Source: Bacteroidales bacterium (lineage in GTDB: Bacteria > Bacteroidota > Bacteroidia > Bacteroidales > WCHB1-69). Taken from it: DNA of 64,000 nucleotides. The DNA is taken from assembly GCA_045222555.1 (NCBI GenBank), contig JBGUYY010000082.1, forward strand, positions 19,094 to 83,093. The letters run 5' to 3'. This document shows, in pieces, positions 59,758 to 64,000 of the stretch. Each line of letters begins with the position of its first letter. The first letter of the stretch is position 1. The position numbers and the translations under genes are program-made. Under the pieces are notes generated by a model, which ran no database searches, was not told the DNA's origin, and saw only the letters and a program-made list of their open reading frames with translations.

Positions 59758-59792
59758 GGGAATTGAAAACTGAGATTTGAAAATTGAAAAGT
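59758..59792 (+). repeat. GA-rich heptamer array, 5 units (gggaatt gaaaact gagattt gaaaatt gaaaagt)
   Basis: Starts immediately after the lepA stop TAA 59755-59757 and runs into the terminator stem. Confidence 0.9.
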
Positions 59793-59822
59793 AGAGATGC
59801 AATGAATTGCATCTCTTTTTTT
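59793..59822. terminator. intrinsic terminator after lepA
   Basis: Stem AGAGATGCAA (59793-59802) pairs with TTGCATCTCT (59807-59816), loop TGAA, then T6. Confidence 0.8.
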
Positions 59823-59827
59823 GATCA

Positions 59828-62647
59828 TCATCTTCCACAGACAGAACGGTAGTCGCACCATTCGCAGTGGGCTGCATCCTCTGCCTGTTCAAATTTTGCA
59901 TGGCGATCCATAATACGGCGAAACAGCTTGCACAATTCTGCCTCGTACTCTTCCAGCAGCTCGGTGGTAATCGGCAGCGGCTCTTTTCCCCGTCCACTCG
60001 CTTTCGCCTGCATAGGGCCGTGCAGAATTTCACCCCCTGACATCAGCGACTGGAAACTCACCAACGCACAGGTAATATCCTCCGGTTTCACATCCCTGGT
60101 CTTCCAATACAGATAGGCGTATGTCAGCAACTGCAGCAGCTGGTGATACTCCGGATTGGAAAACAACATCTCCATCCCCGGATAGGTCAGGTCGTAGATA
60201 CGCCCTGTCTTGTAGTCGAGGATGGCCGTCTTGTTCTCCCGTTTCTCCACCAAATCCGCAAAACCCTTCATCTTGAAATTCCATTCATCAACAGGAAATT
60301 CATATTCAAGCCGCAACTCGGGAGCCACCACCTTGACAGGCTGCACCGGGTCGGACAGTTCCTCCAGCCACACCTCCAGAAATCTTTTCAGCTGACGCTT
60401 CACCACCTCCACGGCGATGAACAACTTCCCGCGCGAAAGGTCCTGACCATTCACGGCATCATTTTTCCAAAAATATTCCTGTAGAAAAGCAGGCTTGTTC
60501 TGAATAAGTGACTGGTAATTTTGGATGATGGCACCACATTGTGAGGGTTCAGCCATAATATCCTTCGCCACCTGTTCCATCACCTTGTGAACGACATTGC
60601 CCACCACATTCTGCTCAATATTTTCGTCGATAGCCATCGGCACTTCCACATTAGCCAACTTTGTCAAATAAAACTGAAGCGGGCAGTTGATAAAGATGGA
60701 GAGCGTACTGACAGAAAAATCCATTTTCAGCAGTTTGTCAATGTCGGACTGCGTTTTGCTGATGGCGATATGATGGCTGTCCAAACTAAGCTTAGGCTGC
60801 ACAGAAACCTGCCGCCGGTCAACGGAAATCCTATCAGTAAGATGCTGATGCTTGATCTCATATTCCAACTGTCGTACAAAACGGCTTTCCTCGTTGGCGG
60901 AAGTGGAGGTGTCGGTATTATATATTATATGTATAGAAGATGCACGTTGCAGGAGGCGGAAGAAATGATAGGCGTATGCGGTGTCCTGATGCTCATAAGT
61001 AGGAAGTCCGAAATGCTTCTTGACGACAAAAAGCAGCATCGAGTCGGTGGATTTACCAGCGGGCAGCGTGCCCTCATTCACAGAAAGCATGATGATATTG
61101 TCGAAGTCTAACATTCTGGTTTCCAGAATACCCATCACCTGAAGACCTTTGTTGGGATTGCTGACGAAAGGAAGTCCCAATGTGCCGACCTGCTCGTTGA
61201 TAAAGGTGGTAAGGGTACGAAAATCAAGGGTAAAATCCTGAAATCCCTCTGCCAGTTCATCCACTTTTTGCAACTCCTGAACCAACAATCTCAGCACTTC
61301 TCTGTCAATACTTTCTTTCTCATTATCAAATTTTTGTATAATTTCTTGGAGGAAAGTGATAATGGCCGACAGGAAGTCGCGTCCCTCCTTGGCAAGATCG
61401 GGGAAGTTGAAGGGCAGCACCTCTCCGAGTTCTTCCAGCGTAAGAAAAACCTTGTTGAGTTGTACAACGCCATCGATGGCAGCTTGGGCGGGTTGCTCGG
61501 TGGGGAATACCGTGCGAGCCAATACCGGATTACCAAGCAGAGCGAGAACATCCTTATGGTAATAGCCGCTGCCGGACTGGGGTCGGCCATTTTCATCAAC
61601 ATGGTTGAGGCGGCGGTAGTTTTGTGCTGCGGTCATCAGGTCGTGGAAGAGGTGGAAGGCGTGGGTATGGCGGGCGGGGTAACGCATGGTGATATTGCAA
61701 TTCTCCTGTCCATACGCATGGATGAACGGCATCAGCAGCGATTCGTCAGCCAACACCACGGCAGTGTGTTCGAGCTGTTCGGTTGTCATCGCGTTGAGCA
61801 CCTGCACGGCGGCATACACCTGCCCCATGGCCTGTGAAGCGCCGGTAATGACCACCTTCTTGGGAATCTCGCGATAGCTGTCGCCAACTTGCTCTATTTT
61901 AGCAATCTGAGTGGCAGAAGCCACCTCCTGTACCATGCTGTGGATGCCCAGTTTGTCGTTATCGTAATAGAATTTATCAAGGTCGAAAAAGAAATCCACC
62001 TGTGTGCGTTGGCGGAATGCCCGTACCAGCTGTTGCTCGGTGGGAGCGAGGGCCAACAAGCCAGCAAAGATCACACGGCCATAAGCGAAATCCTTCAGAT
62101 AATGTTCGGCATTTTCTGCTACATCTCTGTAAATCATACCATTATAACCCAACTGCTGTTCCATAAGATGATCACGGAAACGCAAATACAAATCATTGAG
62201 GTGCTGGTAGAAATCCAGATATCTGCGCTGGTTTTCCGACAGTTGTTCCTGACCAAAAAAATCCAGCTCTTTCAAATCGGCAAGGTTGGAGAAAATGAGG
62301 CGGGCGTCGCCGCTATACTGGTCAATTTCGTCAATATCCTTCAGAAAAGTGCGCGACCAGTTCATGAAAGTGAGGAACGAATCATCGTTGCGGAAATCGC
62401 ATTGCTGATACACGCGGAAAAGCTCTATAAGTTGGCGGGAGGTATCGGCCAAGGTAAGGGGCGAAAGGCTCTGCACCAGTTCGTCCATGGTGACGATGGT
62501 GGGAGCGAAGACGGGATGCTGGATGCGGTTCACCATCTCCAGCAGGAGGTGCTGCCGTGCCCGCTGGTTAGGCAATACCACCATAATTTTCTGATTATCA
62601 GAAATATTATCTATTATTTTTTGAGATAAATATGCGATAAAACTCAT
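59828..62647 (-). CDS. PD-(D/E)XK nuclease family protein, AddB-like with C-terminal Cys cluster
   Basis: About 940 aa. The C-terminal nuclease region ends ...AAHCEWCDYRSVCGR, like the AddB iron-sulfur/nuclease domain. ATG 62647 is chosen because the TTG at 62671 lies inside the -7 box. Confidence 0.65.
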   Translation of the reverse strand: MSFIAYLSQKIIDNISDNQKIMVVLPNQRARQHLLLEMVNRIQHPVFAPTIVTMDELVQSLSPLTLADTSRQLIELFRVYQQCDFRNDDSFLTFMNWSRTFLKDIDEIDQYSGDARLIFSNLADLKELDFFGQEQLSENQRRYLDFYQHLNDLYLRFRDHLMEQQLGYNGMIYRDVAENAEHYLKDFAYGRVIFAGLLALAPTEQQLVRAFRQRTQVDFFFDLDKFYYDNDKLGIHSMVQEVASATQIAKIEQVGDSYREIPKKVVITGASQAMGQVYAAVQVLNAMTTEQLEHTAVVLADESLLMPFIHAYGQENCNITMRYPARHTHAFHLFHDLMTAAQNYRRLNHVDENGRPQSGSGYYHKDVLALLGNPVLARTVFPTEQPAQAAIDGVVQLNKVFLTLEELGEVLPFNFPDLAKEGRDFLSAIITFLQEIIQKFDNEKESIDREVLRLLVQELQKVDELAEGFQDFTLDFRTLTTFINEQVGTLGLPFVSNPNKGLQVMGILETRMLDFDNIIMLSVNEGTLPAGKSTDSMLLFVVKKHFGLPTYEHQDTAYAYHFFRLLQRASSIHIIYNTDTSTSANEESRFVRQLEYEIKHQHLTDRISVDRRQVSVQPKLSLDSHHIAISKTQSDIDKLLKMDFSVSTLSIFINCPLQFYLTKLANVEVPMAIDENIEQNVVGNVVHKVMEQVAKDIMAEPSQCGAIIQNYQSLIQNKPAFLQEYFWKNDAVNGQDLSRGKLFIAVEVVKRQLKRFLEVWLEELSDPVQPVKVVAPELRLEYEFPVDEWNFKMKGFADLVEKRENKTAILDYKTGRIYDLTYPGMEMLFSNPEYHQLLQLLTYAYLYWKTRDVKPEDITCALVSFQSLMSGGEILHGPMQAKASGRGKEPLPITTELLEEYEAELCKLFRRIMDRHAKFEQAEDAAHCEWCDYRSVCGR

Positions 62648-62668
62648 ACGAAGATTCAATTCAGTCAG

Positions 62669-62676
62669 CAAAGATA
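62669..62676 (-). promoter_or_regulatory. -7 promoter box TATCTTTG (minus strand)
   Basis: 22 nt upstream of ATG 62647. Confidence 0.6.
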
Positions 62677-62760
62677 CGACTAATTTTTCATTTCAAAAAA
62701 TTAAGCCTAAAATTTAATTCACAATACACAGATAACAACCCATATTCAGCGAGTTTTTTG

Positions 62761-62768
62761 TAATTTTG
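62761..62768 (+). promoter_or_regulatory. -7 promoter box TAATTTTG
   Basis: 68 nt upstream of the sufE ATG at 62836. Confidence 0.5.
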
Positions 62769-62835
62769 CATTCCCGAGCCAAATGATAAAACCTTACCTT
62801 AAAATATTTATTATCAATAATTTATATAAACAATA

Positions 62836-63249
62836 ATGAGCAGTATTGCAGAAGCCGAAAACGAAATCATCGAAGAGTTCGAGTTGTTCGATGACTGGAT
62901 GGACAAATACAATTATATTATAGAACTGGGGAAAAGTCTGCCCCTCATCGATCCGCAATACAAAGACGACGCGCACCTGATTCCCGGCTGCCAGTCGCAG
63001 GTGTGGCTCCATGCGGAGATGAGTGATGGAAAACTGATGTTCCGCGCCGACAGCGATGCCATCATCACGAAGGGCATCATCAACCTGCTCATCCGGGTGC
63101 TGTCGGGACACACTCCACAGGAGATTCTGGACTGCGATCTCGCCTATATCGACAAAATCGGCATCAAAGAGCACCTCTCCCCCACCCGCTCCAACGGTCT
63201 TGTGTCGATGATTCAGCAGATCAGAGGGTATGCGAAGGGGAATTTGTAG
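62836..63249 (+). CDS. sufE: SufE-like cysteine desulfuration protein
   Basis: IPGCQSQVWL active-site Cys motif and typical ~137-aa length. Confidence 0.85.
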   Translation: MSSIAEAENEIIEEFELFDDWMDKYNYIIELGKSLPLIDPQYKDDAHLIPGCQSQVWLHAEMSDGKLMFRADSDAIITKGIINLLIRVLSGHTPQEILDCDLAYIDKIGIKEHLSPTRSNGLVSMIQQIRGYAKGNL

Positions 63250-63293
63250 ATTGGAGAGATTTGAGAGATTTGAAAGATTTAAGAGATTTGAGA
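63249..63293 (+). repeat. GA-rich array with 9-nt period, 5 units (gattggaga gatttgaga gatttgaaa gatttaaga gatttgaga)
   Basis: Starts on the last base of the sufE stop TAG 63247-63249 and ends 7 nt before ATG 63301. It occupies essentially the whole spacer. Confidence 0.9.
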
Positions 63294-63300
63294 GAGTAGC

Positions 63301-64000
63301 ATGATTGCGATTAACAACCTTTCGGTAAATTTCACGGGCGACTATTTATTTAAGAATGTGTCGTTTGTGGTGGGCGACCACGACCGTATCGGGCTGGTGG
63401 GAAAGAACGGTGCCGGCAAATCAACTTTGCTGAAGATTTTGCACCGCATACAAGCGCCCGAGTCGGGTGAAATTACCGTAACGGCAGGCCACCGCACCGG
63501 CTACCTTCCACAGGAACTACATGGTCAATACAACACCACCATCTGGGACGAGACACTGACCGCCTTTGTGGAACAGCGCGAACTGGAGAACCGCATCCAG
63601 CGCATCACCCAAGAGCTTTCCGAACGAACAGACTATGAATCTGAACGATACACCCATCTCGCCCAACAGTTATCCGATCTCAACGACCGGTTTCACCAGA
63701 TTGGCGGCACCACCATGGAAGGAGATGCCGAAAAGGTACTTGTAGGACTGGGATTTCGCAAGACGGATTTCTCCCGCCCGATGAAAGAGTTCAGCAACGG
63801 CTGGCAGATGCGTGTCTCGTTGGCCAAGATCCTGTTGCAGCAGCCCGAAATCATCCTGCTTGACGAGCCCACCAACCACCTTGACATCGAATCCATACAA
63901 TGGCTGGAGGATTATCTGGCCAACTACAGCGGCGCGCTCATCCTCGTGTCGCACGACCGCGCTTTTCTTGACCGCGTCACCAACCGCACCATCGAAATCA
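63301..64000 (+). CDS. ABC-F family ATPase (N-terminal part, 3' end outside window)
   Basis: My own translation gives MIAINNLSVNFTGDYLF...GKNGAGKSTLLKIL...FSNGWQMRVSLAKILLQQPEIILLDEPTNHLD. It is absent from the ORF track because no stop is reached. Confidence 0.85.
   Translation, partial: MIAINNLSVNFTGDYLFKNVSFVVGDHDRIGLVGKNGAGKSTLLKILHRIQAPESGEITVTAGHRTGYLPQELHGQYNTTIWDETLTAFVEQRELENRIQRITQELSERTDYESERYTHLAQQLSDLNDRFHQIGGTTMEGDAEKVLVGLGFRKTDFSRPMKEFSNGWQMRVSLAKILLQQPEIILLDEPTNHLDIESIQWLEDYLANYSGALILVSHDRAFLDRVTNRTIEI

Overview
The window is a Bacteroidota (Bacteroidales-like) chromosomal segment starting next to dnaA. The phylum call rests on abundant TAnnTTTG -7 promoter boxes 18-110 nt upstream of start codons, a T9SS type-B C-terminal sorting domain, lipoprotein signal peptides, and TamB, LptB, Lnt, LpxH and BatA homologues. 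A Rikenellaceae/Alistipes-like origin is only a guess, based on GC-rich codon usage and a GT3-GT35 fusion protein. I call about 51 CDS, mostly housekeeping. They include rho (partial), folE, obg, prfB with its +1 frameshift, dnaA, era, folD, ligA, mtaB, tsaD, holA, lptB, lnt, rlmI, rluD, lepA and sufE. I recognised no rRNA, tRNA, CRISPR array, transposase or integrase. Six things are not explained by ordinary annotation. (1) A family of GA-rich micro-tandem arrays with 7, 8 or 9 nt periods (GAAAATT, GAAAACT, GAGAATT, GAAGATTT, GAGAGATTT). They sit directly on or after stop codons at nine intergenic sites, with a weak tenth after prfB, and seven of the nine are in + orientation. (2) An AT-rich accessory island at about 22.9-27.5 kb. 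It encodes five envelope proteins of unknown function and carries two copies of a 122-nt structured repeat, two copies of a 34-nt post-stop box, a G8 run and a G-quadruplex motif. (3) A 1410-aa fusion of glycogen synthase (GT3) and alpha-glucan phosphorylase (GT35). (4) A 1578-aa Cys-rich T9SS cargo protein with tandem modules of about 350 aa. (5) Short intragenic patches of A/T-ending codons inside otherwise GC3-rich core genes. (6) A compact tamB-PAS-DUF4381/BatD-batA operon-like unit without the other Bat genes. All functional calls come from motif recognition by eye. No database search was run.
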